Shown: in pieces, positions 29,231-38,750 of the stretch | Numbering within the stretch: the stretch's first letter is position 1 | Layout of the letters: every line of letters begins with the position of its first letter | Assembly (NCBI GenBank): GCA_963849325.1 | Contig: CAWKHF010000004.1 | Coordinates: 1 to 64,000 of the forward strand | Source: an uncultured Planctomycetota bacterium | Lineage (GTDB): Bacteria; Planctomycetota; Planctomycetia; Gemmatales; Gemmataceae | DNA: 64,000 nt | Direction of reading: 5' to 3' | Position numbers and translations under genes: made by a program | The notes under the pieces: generated by a model | Seen by the model: the letters and a program-made list of their open reading frames with translations, nothing else | Database searches by the model: none | Told to the model about the DNA's origin: nothing

Positions 29231-31072
29231 ATGAACGATCCTACAAATAGATCGTCTGGAATGGCCCCGAACAGCGCTCCTTCAGGGGAAGGACCGACAA
29301 CTCGGCCTCCTCTCCGCCCCGACATGACCGTCCGCCAAGTGGCGGCGGATTACCCCGGCTGCCGCGAGGTGCTGCAACGCCACGGCGAACCCGAGGACCG
29401 GCCTACCAAGTTCGGGCACCTGGAGCCGCTCACCCACTTCGCTCGGCGGCAGGGCATCGACCTGGAGCAACTGCTCGCCGAGTTGTCCCATGCCGCGGGC
29501 GTAGAGGTGGATCGAGAGAGCGTGCGTGGGCAACTCGTCCACCGTCCTTTCCTCGTCTCGGCCCTGGCCGTCACGCTCTCGCTGGGTGCCGGCTGGGGCG
29601 CGCTGCTGCTGTTCGAGATCGGCTGGCACGGCCGCTTTGACGCGGCCCCGGCGGGCCACGTCGTCGCGCACGGAACAGCGCAGCTCTGGGGCTTCGTCGC
29701 GCTGTTCGTTGTCGGCATCGCGCTCCGCTTTCTGCCGATGGGCAGCGGGGAACGGCGACCGAGTCTTGCTTTCGCCCGCCTGCTCTTGGCAGCCTTCCTT
29801 GCCGGCGTGGTCGGCGGCTTCGTCTGGGCCTTGGCACCCCGACAAGCCGGCTGGTTAGGGCCGCTCAGCGGCGCCGCGTTGGTTGTCGCGGCCATCCTCT
29901 TCCTCGGTTTCCTCCTCCGCCAACTTCGCCGCAACGCACTCACAACCTGGGGCCGTCTGATTGCGGCGGCGGGGATCTGGATGCTCGTCTGGGCGGGCGT
30001 GACACTCGCGCTACGCGGCCATGCCTCGGCCGAAGGGCCGGGCGCCTACAGCGAGTCGATGCGGCAACTGCTCATGGACCTGGCTATTTTCGGTTTCGCC
30101 CTCAACGCCATCTACGGTTTCGGGCAGAGGCTGCTGTCGGGCATCGTGGGCAGCGGCACGCCACGCTCGGGAGCCATCGAGGCGACGTTCTGGTTGCACA
30201 ACGCGGGCGTCGTTCTGCTGTCGCTGGGACATGCGAGCGGGATGGCCTTTGCCGGATCGCTCGGCGTCGCGCTGCTGGCCGCGGGAGCCTTGAGCTACGC
30301 CATCGGAATGCGTGGTTTCGTGCGCGTCCGGCGTTCAACTCCCCGTCCGGAAGTAGGCCAGGCCATGCTCCGGCGCTATGTCCAGATCGCCTTCTTCTGG
30401 CTCTTGGCGGGGATGGCGATGCTGCTGCTGGCGGACCTGTTCTGGAGTGCCCGCGGTCTCCTCGTGCCGCACGCCTACCTGGGGGCCGTCCGCCACGCCC
30501 TGACGGTCGGCTTCATGACGACGTTGATTCTGGGCGTCGGTCAGCGACTGCTGCCCATCCTGGGCCATACGCTTCTGCCCTGGCCGCGACTCGTACTGCC
30601 AACCTTCGTACTCCTCGCCGCCGGCAACCTGCTTCGTGTGCTGACCGAATTGGCGACGCCATACAGCGCGATCGCCTTCACCGTCATGCCGTTCTCCGCT
30701 GTGTTGGAGCTGTCCGCCCTCGCTCTGTTCACCGCCAACGTCTTGCGTACCCTGTGGCCAGCGCCTGACCCCGTCCTGCGGACGAGGCGAGTGACGCCTG
30801 CAACCTCCGTGGCCGTCCTCTTGGCCGAATACCCCTGGCTTGAAGACCACCTCTTCGCCTGGGGTCTCGCCTACATCGGCCGAGTTCGCTCGGTCCCCCG
30901 TGAACTCACCTTGGGAACCCTGGCCGCGAGCGAAGGGAATCGCCCCGAGGAGATTATCGCACGCATCAATGAACTGTTAGCGCAGCATCGACCGGAACCA
31001 GCCAAGGCACCCAAGGACTTCCGGCGCGTTCATGATGTTCCTCTCAATCGCAAAGACCCAGGTGCGGAATGA
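29231..31072 (+). CDS. NnrS-like polytopic membrane protein with N- and C-terminal DUF1858/ScdA-like domains
   Basis: PDMTVRQVAADYPG..; HGTAQLWGF; RHALTVGFMTTLILGV; about 12 hydrophobic segments; TSVAVLLAEYPWL; next to qNor. Confidence 0.7.
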   Translation: MNDPTNRSSGMAPNSAPSGEGPTTRPPLRPDMTVRQVAADYPGCREVLQRHGEPEDRPTKFGHLEPLTHFARRQGIDLEQLLAELSHAAGVEVDRESVRGQLVHRPFLVSALAVTLSLGAGWGALLLFEIGWHGRFDAAPAGHVVAHGTAQLWGFVALFVVGIALRFLPMGSGERRPSLAFARLLLAAFLAGVVGGFVWALAPRQAGWLGPLSGAALVVAAILFLGFLLRQLRRNALTTWGRLIAAAGIWMLVWAGVTLALRGHASAEGPGAYSESMRQLLMDLAIFGFALNAIYGFGQRLLSGIVGSGTPRSGAIEATFWLHNAGVVLLSLGHASGMAFAGSLGVALLAAGALSYAIGMRGFVRVRRSTPRPEVGQAMLRRYVQIAFFWLLAGMAMLLLADLFWSARGLLVPHAYLGAVRHALTVGFMTTLILGVGQRLLPILGHTLLPWPRLVLPTFVLLAAGNLLRVLTELATPYSAIAFTVMPFSAVLELSALALFTANVLRTLWPAPDPVLRTRRVTPATSVAVLLAEYPWLEDHLFAWGLAYIGRVRSVPRELTLGTLAASEGNRPEEIIARINELLAQHRPEPAKAPKDFRRVHDVPLNRKDPGAE

Positions 31073-31262
31073 TCGCCACGGTTCGATCAAGCACCTCCTC
31101 CCGAGTACCCTCGGTGCTGATGCTCCGCAGTGCCGACCTCGTTAACGGACCAGGTTCCTCCCAAGCTTGTGCGGCCCTCCGATAGACAGCCCAGTCCGCA
31201 TCCGAGGCTATAATGGACCCCGAAAACGGGACCACCAACAAGGACAGCTACGCTACGCACGC

Positions 31263-31386
31263 AAAGCATTCCGCAAAGCCATCGCACCCTTCCGCGATGG
31301 ACTCGTCGTCGGCTGCGAGTGCATGCACTGCTGGTACGGACTGGCCGATACCTGCCACGACGAGAGCATCCCTTCGTGCTCGGACA
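31263..31386 (+). mobile_element. IS110-family transposase remnant
   Basis: KAFRKAIAPFRDGLVVGCECMHCWYGLADTCHDESIP(FVLG) matches the recalled IS110 DEDD N-domain segment; rest absent. Confidence 0.65.
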
Positions 31387-31707
31387 ACCTCCGTGGCCGG
31401 TTGAGAGTTGCTTTCCCAGCTCCCCCAGAGCTCCCCCAGATCGCCCCTTGAAAGCGGCAACCCAACGGAAGATAATCCCTTCATCCATAGCTAGTCGGCA
31501 GCTAGTCGAGTGACCGGGTATCCGGTGCCATCCGTTCACGGCCGGCACTCTTGAAGTCCGTAGCGCGAGGCAGGTCATGATGCCGGACAACGCGTGGGGC
31601 ACCAACACCGGTGGAGGAAGGCGCTGGACCTGATGCTACCCCTCTGTCTGGCGTGAAGGGGCTAACCGCGCCTGGAGCGTCCGTTAGAACGGAAACGGAG
31701 GCCGCAC

Positions 31708-34700
31708 ATGGCCGAAAACGATGAGCCCATCAGTTTCAAGAATGTGCTTGCCGAGGAACTGAAATGCCTGCGGCAACGACGGAATGAAGTGCGCAAGATG
31801 GAACTGCAACGCGCCGGAAAGAAAGGTGCGGTGAATACCACGGCGCGGGACATCGACGCCGACAAAGCGGAACAAACCGCGGTCGAAATGGATCTGATCG
31901 GCTTGGCCCTTTCCGGCGGAGGAATCCGCAGTGCCACCTTCAACCTGGGGATCCTGCAAGGTCTCGCTCATCTAGGGCTGCTCCGGCGTTTTGACTATCT
32001 CTCCACGGTTTCCGGAGGCGGTTACATTGGTGCCTGGCTCGCGGCCTGGATCAAACGGGAGGGAAATCCGCTGGAGGTGGAGCAACAGCTCAAACCCAAT
32101 CGGGAGAAACAGGCGGAGGCTCGTCGCCTGCTGGCCAAGGACATGGTCGTGGAAGAGGAGCCGGAGCCGATTTACCACCTCCGTTCTTTCAGCAATTACC
32201 TCTCGCCGCGCATGGGTTGGTTCTCCATCGACACCTGGACCCTGGTGTCGATCTATTTGCGAAACTTTCTGCTGAACCTGGCCGTGCTCGTTCCCATGAT
32301 GCTGGCGCTGGTTCTGCTCTCGCGTCTGCTCCTGCTGGTGTTTTATTGGCAGCCGCCAGCCTCGATCTCCTGGTTGCCGTCGCTGGGCTGTGTGGTGTTT
32401 GCGACCTTCTTGCTTGTGATTGCCTTTGTCAACCTCACGGGGGTGTTGCGGGACCAACTTCAGACTCCGCCGTCGCCCGCGGCGACGGAGTCTTCCGCTG
32501 CCTCCCGGAAGATTCCGTATTGGGAAACCCTGTCGCCTCGAAGGCGAGTTGCTTTCCAGCTGCATGTGTGGGTGTTCGTCCCCCTGCTCACCGCGTCCCT
32601 CTTCATCTCCTGGCTGTTTCGTGGAAACTTCCTTTCCTTCACTCCGCGGAACTGGGAAGTTCCGGAACGGCCCCTCATCCTCTCGCTCGGTTTCGGCATC
32701 GTTTTCGGATTCGTTCTCGGATTCGTCCGATTCGTCGTTCTCTTCTGCCTCTGCTGCAAGCCCAAGATCGAGGACGCTCTGTGGACGGCCTTTTACAGTT
32801 TCCTCTCGGGCTTGCTGGGAGGTTTCCTGTTCTCGATTTACTTTATGGCCGGACTGTGGACCCGTTACGAAGCGATGCAGCCGGCGGCCGCGCTGGCGTT
32901 CGGACCGCCTGTGTTTCTTGGCGTATTCCTGCTTGGAGTTGTGATGGAAATCGGCCTTCACGGCCGGAAGCTCGAGGAGAACACGCGCGAATGGTGGGGG
33001 ACGATCGGAGGATATCTCCTGATCTACCTCGTCGGCTGGCTGGCCTTCTTCGCGATCACTCTCTTCAGCGAACCGCTGCTGGAATGGCTCAATCTGACGC
33101 AATGGATCAACGATCGCTTGCTCAAGACCGGACTGGCCGCGACCTGGATCACGACGGCGGTGGCGGGTGCCTTGTCGGGGCGCAGTCAACAGACGCGGAA
33201 CGGACTGGGCAACCGCGGCCTGGAGTGGCTGGGCATCATCGCTCCGCCCGTGTTCGTGGTCGGCCTCCTGGTGGTTGTCTCCCACTTCGCCACCGCCCTT
33301 GTCGAGGGCCCCGACCAGGACTACTGGGAACGGGTGAAGTCCACGCAGTTTCACGGGGTGGTGATCTGGCTCGTTGTGGGTGTGGGATTCGCTCTCCTCA
33401 GTGGCAAGCACGGCGATGTCAATCTCTTCTCTCAGCACGGCACGTATGCCAACCGCTTGATCCGCTGCTATCTCGGGGCTTCCCGGCGGAAGCTCAGCTG
33501 GCGCAAACGCGACGGCGACGACCTGTTGCGGGGCACTCCGGCCACGCTGAAACCTCCCGAGCGGCGCATCCGGGATTGGAGGACGGGACGGGGCGGAGCT
33601 CCCACCGGCAACGATGAGAGCCACGAGCGCCAGGCGGACCTGATCACCGGGTTTGATCCCGACGACGACATTCTGCTCAGCGATCTCCAGATTGGAAAGA
33701 TGCACACGGACCAGAAAACCTACTGGGGGCCTTTCCTGATCGTCAACACCGCCCTGAATCTCGAAACGGGTGATGAGCTGGCCTGGCAAGAGCGCAAGGC
33801 CGACTCCTTCGTGCTAACGTCGCTGTCCGGCGGCAGCAAAACAACGGGTTACCGATCGCTACCGTCTTACAACCCCGAGCAGCCCGAGCAGTCGAGTAAT
33901 CTCACCATCGGTCGCGCCATGGCCATCTCCGGCGCCGCGGCCAGCCCCAACATGGGCTATCACTCCTCGCCGCCCCTGGCGTTCCTGATGACCATCTTCA
34001 ACGTGCGCCTGGGGTGGTGGATGCAGAACCCACGCCGATCCGGTTGGCGAGCCGGCAGCCCGGCCCGGTGGGACCTGATCCTGCACGAGTTGCTCGGTCA
34101 AGCCAACGAGAAGGGGCGCTATATTTACCTTTCCGACGGCGGCCACTTCGAGAACCTCGGCGCCTACGAGCTGATCCGTCGCCGTTGCCGGTTCATCGTC
34201 ATCTGTGACGCGGACGCGGATCCTCTCTACAACTTCTTCGACCTGGGAAACTTGGTCCGCAAGTGCCGCAATGATTTCGGCATTCGCATCGAGATCAACG
34301 TCGCCGCCCTTCGACCCCAGGGAACCGACCGACGCAGCCGCTGGCACTGCGCCATCGGCGCCATTCGCTACGATGATCTCAACAGCAATTTTCTGCCGGG
34401 CATCCTCGTTTACCTCAAGTCGTCCCTGACCGGCAATGAACCGTCCGACATCCTGGCTTACGCGGACCAGTTCCCGACTTTCCCGCATCAGAGCACCGCG
34501 AACCAGTTCTTTACCGAGTCCCAGTTCGAGAGTTACCGCGGCCTGGGCTTCCACATTATCCAGGAGGTCTTCGGCGAGGTGACCCATCGGCATGACATCA
34601 AGTGTGAACGGGAGCCGAGCGAAGACGAGATGACGACGAACCGGCAGATCTTTTCCCGGTTGCGTCGTCGCTGGTTCCCGCCTCCGCCCAACCTGGAACC

Positions 34701-35973
34701 GAACTTCCTGGAGTCCGTGAAGGGATTTCTGGCCGTACACCAGGCGTTGCGTCGCGAGAAATCCCTCGCGGACCTGACCAGCGATTTGTACCCGGAAATG
34801 GAGAACCTGTTACGGGACCAATCCGAGGATGGCGAGGACCGTGAGGAGCAGATGGGCGAGGGCCAGCAAACTCCTCCGCCGGAAACTCCAGAGGCAGCAG
34901 CCGCGGCGACCAACCCGTTACACGGGGAGACGCCGGCCGAACCGGCGCAAGGTGTCGAAGGGAAGCACGGTCCAGCGTTGAATGCCGAGGATCCTGGCGG
35001 AGCCAATCCCGGATCGGCGAACGGCCGGAAGACGAAGGAAGCGGCGGAAGCCCGGAATCGGCATGGCGCCGAATTGCACGCCGTCAGCCTGATGCTTCAG
35101 GTCATGGAGAACGCCTGGCTGGGCTTGAAACTCGGTCAGTATTACGAACACCCCCTCAACCGCGGCTGGATGACCGTGTTCCGCCGCTGGTCGAACACCG
35201 AAGCCTTCAGCAAACATTGGCCGGCGCTGCGCGGCCAATATAGTCAGGAGTTCGTCTGGTTCTGCGAGAAGGAGCTGAAACTCCTGATGTGGGACATCCG
35301 TGCCCAGCGACTCTCGTCGAAGATGACGCCTCTCCTGGACGACATCCGAAACGATCGGATCATGGATGACAAGCCTTGTCCTCCGAATGATTCCGAGAAG
35401 CGCGACCTGGCAAATCTGAGCAAGGAATTCGCCTTCGACTGGTTCCGGGAAGACGAAGAGCGCCGAGGGTTGCCGGACCTCCTGAAAAAAGCGCTTGAGC
35501 TGTCGGATCAGCTCAAAAGGGAACCCTACATCTGGATCATTCGCTTGACCAACGCCAGCAAGGAAGGGGAGAAAGTTCTGGGAGAAGGGAACGCCGTGTA
35601 CGCTTGCGGGGTCATTCTGCTGTTCAAGCCCCTCTTCCCCAAGGAGACAACAGACCCCAAAGAGACAACAGACCCGGGGAACCAATTCGAGTTTTTTGTC
35701 TGGATCGATGGTCCGTACCGCAACCAGAGCATCGGCCGTGATCCAGACTGTGTGCAGCAAGCTCTCAAGACGATTCGGTCGGAGTTGAAAACGGAGTTGA
35801 ACAAGGAGTTCTTCCTGTTCGCTCGCTATCCGGAAGAAGGGAAGGCGGAGGGAAACGAGCCGCTCGAACGGTCGCTGTGGTCAAACTTCTTCCATTACTA
35901 CGACTTCCATCGCGCCAAATCCGAGGAGTTCGGGCGCAAGCAGGATTTGATCTTCGTCTCGCGGTCGAACTGA
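31708..35973 (+). CDS. Membrane-embedded patatin/cPLA2-like phospholipase with long C-terminal extension
   Basis: GLALSGGGIRSATF, YLSTVSGGGYIG (Ser), about 10 TM segments, AISGAAASPNMG, YLSDGGHFENLG (Asp), FPHQSTANQFF; intact 1421 aa. Confidence 0.88.
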   Translation: MAENDEPISFKNVLAEELKCLRQRRNEVRKMELQRAGKKGAVNTTARDIDADKAEQTAVEMDLIGLALSGGGIRSATFNLGILQGLAHLGLLRRFDYLSTVSGGGYIGAWLAAWIKREGNPLEVEQQLKPNREKQAEARRLLAKDMVVEEEPEPIYHLRSFSNYLSPRMGWFSIDTWTLVSIYLRNFLLNLAVLVPMMLALVLLSRLLLLVFYWQPPASISWLPSLGCVVFATFLLVIAFVNLTGVLRDQLQTPPSPAATESSAASRKIPYWETLSPRRRVAFQLHVWVFVPLLTASLFISWLFRGNFLSFTPRNWEVPERPLILSLGFGIVFGFVLGFVRFVVLFCLCCKPKIEDALWTAFYSFLSGLLGGFLFSIYFMAGLWTRYEAMQPAAALAFGPPVFLGVFLLGVVMEIGLHGRKLEENTREWWGTIGGYLLIYLVGWLAFFAITLFSEPLLEWLNLTQWINDRLLKTGLAATWITTAVAGALSGRSQQTRNGLGNRGLEWLGIIAPPVFVVGLLVVVSHFATALVEGPDQDYWERVKSTQFHGVVIWLVVGVGFALLSGKHGDVNLFSQHGTYANRLIRCYLGASRRKLSWRKRDGDDLLRGTPATLKPPERRIRDWRTGRGGAPTGNDESHERQADLITGFDPDDDILLSDLQIGKMHTDQKTYWGPFLIVNTALNLETGDELAWQERKADSFVLTSLSGGSKTTGYRSLPSYNPEQPEQSSNLTIGRAMAISGAAASPNMGYHSSPPLAFLMTIFNVRLGWWMQNPRRSGWRAGSPARWDLILHELLGQANEKGRYIYLSDGGHFENLGAYELIRRRCRFIVICDADADPLYNFFDLGNLVRKCRNDFGIRIEINVAALRPQGTDRRSRWHCAIGAIRYDDLNSNFLPGILVYLKSSLTGNEPSDILAYADQFPTFPHQSTANQFFTESQFESYRGLGFHIIQEVFGEVTHRHDIKCEREPSEDEMTTNRQIFSRLRRRWFPPPPNLEPNFLESVKGFLAVHQALRREKSLADLTSDLYPEMENLLRDQSEDGEDREEQMGEGQQTPPPETPEAAAAATNPLHGETPAEPAQGVEGKHGPALNAEDPGGANPGSANGRKTKEAAEARNRHGAELHAVSLMLQVMENAWLGLKLGQYYEHPLNRGWMTVFRRWSNTEAFSKHWPALRGQYSQEFVWFCEKELKLLMWDIRAQRLSSKMTPLLDDIRNDRIMDDKPCPPNDSEKRDLANLSKEFAFDWFREDEERRGLPDLLKKALELSDQLKREPYIWIIRLTNASKEGEKVLGEGNAVYACGVILLFKPLFPKETTDPKETTDPGNQFEFFVWIDGPYRNQSIGRDPDCVQQALKTIRSELKTELNKEFFLFARYPEEGKAEGNEPLERSLWSNFFHYYDFHRAKSEEFGRKQDLIFVSRSN
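35638..35676 (+). repeat. 18-bp tandem duplication encoding PKETTD x2 inside the patatin C-terminus
   Basis: cccaaggagacaacagac / cccaaagagacaacagac. Confidence 0.85.
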
Positions 35974-36016
35974 CCCGCGCGGCCGCTTCTCATCGCAATG
36001 AGGGGGAACCATCTCC

Positions 36017-38742
36017 ATGCTACGTCCAGAGGCCCGGCCGCTCGATTGGGCAGTGCTCGACCAGGCCCAACAAAAGGCCACCCACCGAGTCCTGACCTTG
36101 CTCCAGGAGGCCGTCGCGGATCTTCTCTTTGGAAAGGCCGCGACACGAAGTCAAGGACCAGCGCGACAGCGCCTTTCCCCTCGACCACGACCGCTCCAGC
36201 CGCATCCTCCTTCTTTCCGGAGAAAGAGGCACCGGGAAGACCACCGTGCTGCTGTCCCTCATTCAGCTCACGGAAGAGAAGAGCGGTTCGCTCCCGGAGG
36301 ACGTGAGCAAAGTGTTGGGCGACCTGAGCCACCGGCTGGTCTGGCTGGCTCCGATCGACATGGAGCCGTTGGCCGAGCCGACCAATCTCCTGGCGGCGAT
36401 TCTAGCTCGTTTCAGCGAGGCGGCGCGGGGGCGGGGCGGGGAGGAACGCGACGTCGGCGGTCTGCTCGAGTCCCGGTCGGAATCGCGCGATACGCTGCTG
36501 CAACTACAGCATCTGGAGACCAACGTCGCCCTGGCTTGGGATGGCAACCTGGCCGCTCGCGGCGGCCAGCTCGATCCGGACAACTTCGCGGTCGAGGTGA
36601 TGCGGACGGAACGCGCCCGCCTGGCCCTGAATCGAAGCCTCAAACTGGCCCTCGACGATCTGGCTCGGAAGGTGTTCGGCAAGGATGGGCGCGACGGCGT
36701 GAGCAATCCGCTGTTCGTGCTGCCGGTGGACGACTTTGACCTCAATCCGCTGCGCTGCCTGGATCTGCTGCGCGTCTTGCGGATGGTCTCCGTGCCGCGT
36801 CTGTTCACTCTGGTGCTGGGCGACGTCAAGGTGGCGGAGATGCTCTTCAACCTCAAGCTCTCCGGCGACTTCGCCCGTCTGGCGGGAAGGTCCGGGCGCG
36901 AGGACTTGCTGTCACTGTCCGCGGAGGACGTGCGGGGCCTGGCCGGCGAGGTTGCCGCCAACGCCATCCGCAAGCTCCTCCCTCCGGGGCAGATCATTCG
37001 GCTGGAACACATGGCCCCGGCCGAGGCCTTGAACTACGCCCCGGCGCCAGACAAACCGACGCTGCACCGCGTGCTGGCCGCCAGTCCCCTTCGCGTCGAT
37101 TCCCGCTACCAGCTGGCGTATCGCATGGCCAACCTGGCGGAGTTTTTCCAGCTGGACCCACTGGAGACGCGTCTTCCCGAATCAGCGGTGAAGAGAGCGG
37201 AACAGCCGGCCCCGGTGGGTCCGGGTGCGGAAATCGCGCGGAGCGTCTACACGGGAAGATGGGTCTTGAGCAACTCGCCGCGTCGCATTGCGGACCTCTG
37301 GCACGAGTTGGAACTTCACCTGTCGAAAACGGCTCGCGAGACGCTGGTGAGGGGAAAGCTGCCGCGGGAGTTGGCAGCTTCCTACGATCACCGTGCGCGC
37401 GATCGTCGGCGTGTTCGCCAATCACTGCCAGCGCAGCATCGCGGAAGACAGCCGGCTGCCGGATCGCGGGCGGCGAACCTTGCTCCACGCCATTCACAAG
37501 AACCGCGATGGCTACTGGGAATTGGATACGCGGGCCTATACGGTGAAATCGAAGACGGGGACGGCGTACGCCTTCGGAATCCCTCGCAGTACGGATTTCG
37601 TCGCGCGACCGGCAACCGTGCCGGACAAGAAAGGGAAAGGGAAGAATGCAACCTCCAGGATGCTGGAACCTCCCTATCAGCGCGTCGTCGCCTACCGCAC
37701 AAACGGCTGGTCCATTCGGGTCCCTCCCGACAAGCCGAAACAAGCTGTCGAACTCGATGACGCCACGGCGGCCGCCCTGATCGCCTTTCACGATCTCATC
37801 ATTTTGGCGAACCTCGGCACTCAGGGCATGGGAATCTGGGAGGAAATGGTGCGCCGGCGGACCCTGGAGTGGGATTCGCCCTTGACCGAATGGCGCTGCC
37901 AGGGCCGACGCGTGCGCATCAAGTGGCCGTCGGCCAGCTGGTCCACCTTCCGGGAGTACGATTTCTTCATCAGTGCCTGGCTTCGGGTGATTAACTGGCT
38001 GGATCAGGAGTATCCACCCCTCGTCAAGACGCTCTGTCGCTTTGAGGCGCTCGCCTTCGCCTGGATCGACCTCAATCTGACGGCCCTCGATCCCTGGGCA
38101 GCGCCCCCGACGGAGGGCAGCGAAGCACTTGGGAAGACGCCAACGTGGAAGCGTCTTGCCTGGCCGGCCGGCTTCCACGCCCAGGAAACCTCCAGCCGGA
38201 AACTAGACCCCAATTGGCCCCAACTCATTCAAAACCTCGGGGATTTCGTTCAGGAGTATTACCCCGTTAACGACACCACCGGCCAGCGCGAACAGAAGTT
38301 TCATCCGAGTATGTATCGCGCGTTGGACTGGTTGACGCAGATGGCTGTCTTCCTCATGCCGGAGACACTGGGCACCAGTCTCCGCACGACCCTCGACAAG
38401 TATTTCCCCGCCGAACTGGCGGAAGATTCAATTCTGGGACGAGGCCCAAGCGAAGTCGAGGGTCTTCTGGCGCTTTACGACTATTGGAAGAGTTGCGCGG
38501 AAGACATTCGCAGCCACCGGGCGCAGAAATTCGCTTATCTTCGCTCGCGCGGAGCGGTGGATAGCGCCGAATACCTGTGGACGGCCGAACCGCCGGCCTG
38601 TTTGCGGGACGAGAAGTACAAGCCGACGGAGGATCTGATCGACTACTTCCAGGAGGAGATCAGCCGGAACGAAAAGGCTTCGAAAGGACAGGCGAAAGCC
38701 TTCCCGAGCGCGGCGCAGGATGGGGAAAGCTCTGTTTCGTAG
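36017..38742 (+). CDS. rdrA: RdrA-like P-loop ATPase (RADAR-type), about 908 codons; frameshifts ~36135 and ~37390
   Basis: Walker A LSGERGTGKTT, Walker B FVLPVDDFD, FTLVLGD, AIRKLLP, NSPRRI; purine-rich RBS; directly upstream of the deaminase. Confidence 0.7.
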
Positions 38743-38750
38743 GAGGACCG

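Noticed and set aside
31708-35973. CBASS system
   Set aside because: A patatin is present, but no CD-NTase cyclase or cap2/cap3 genes are nearby, and the protein is a multi-TM type unlike CapV.
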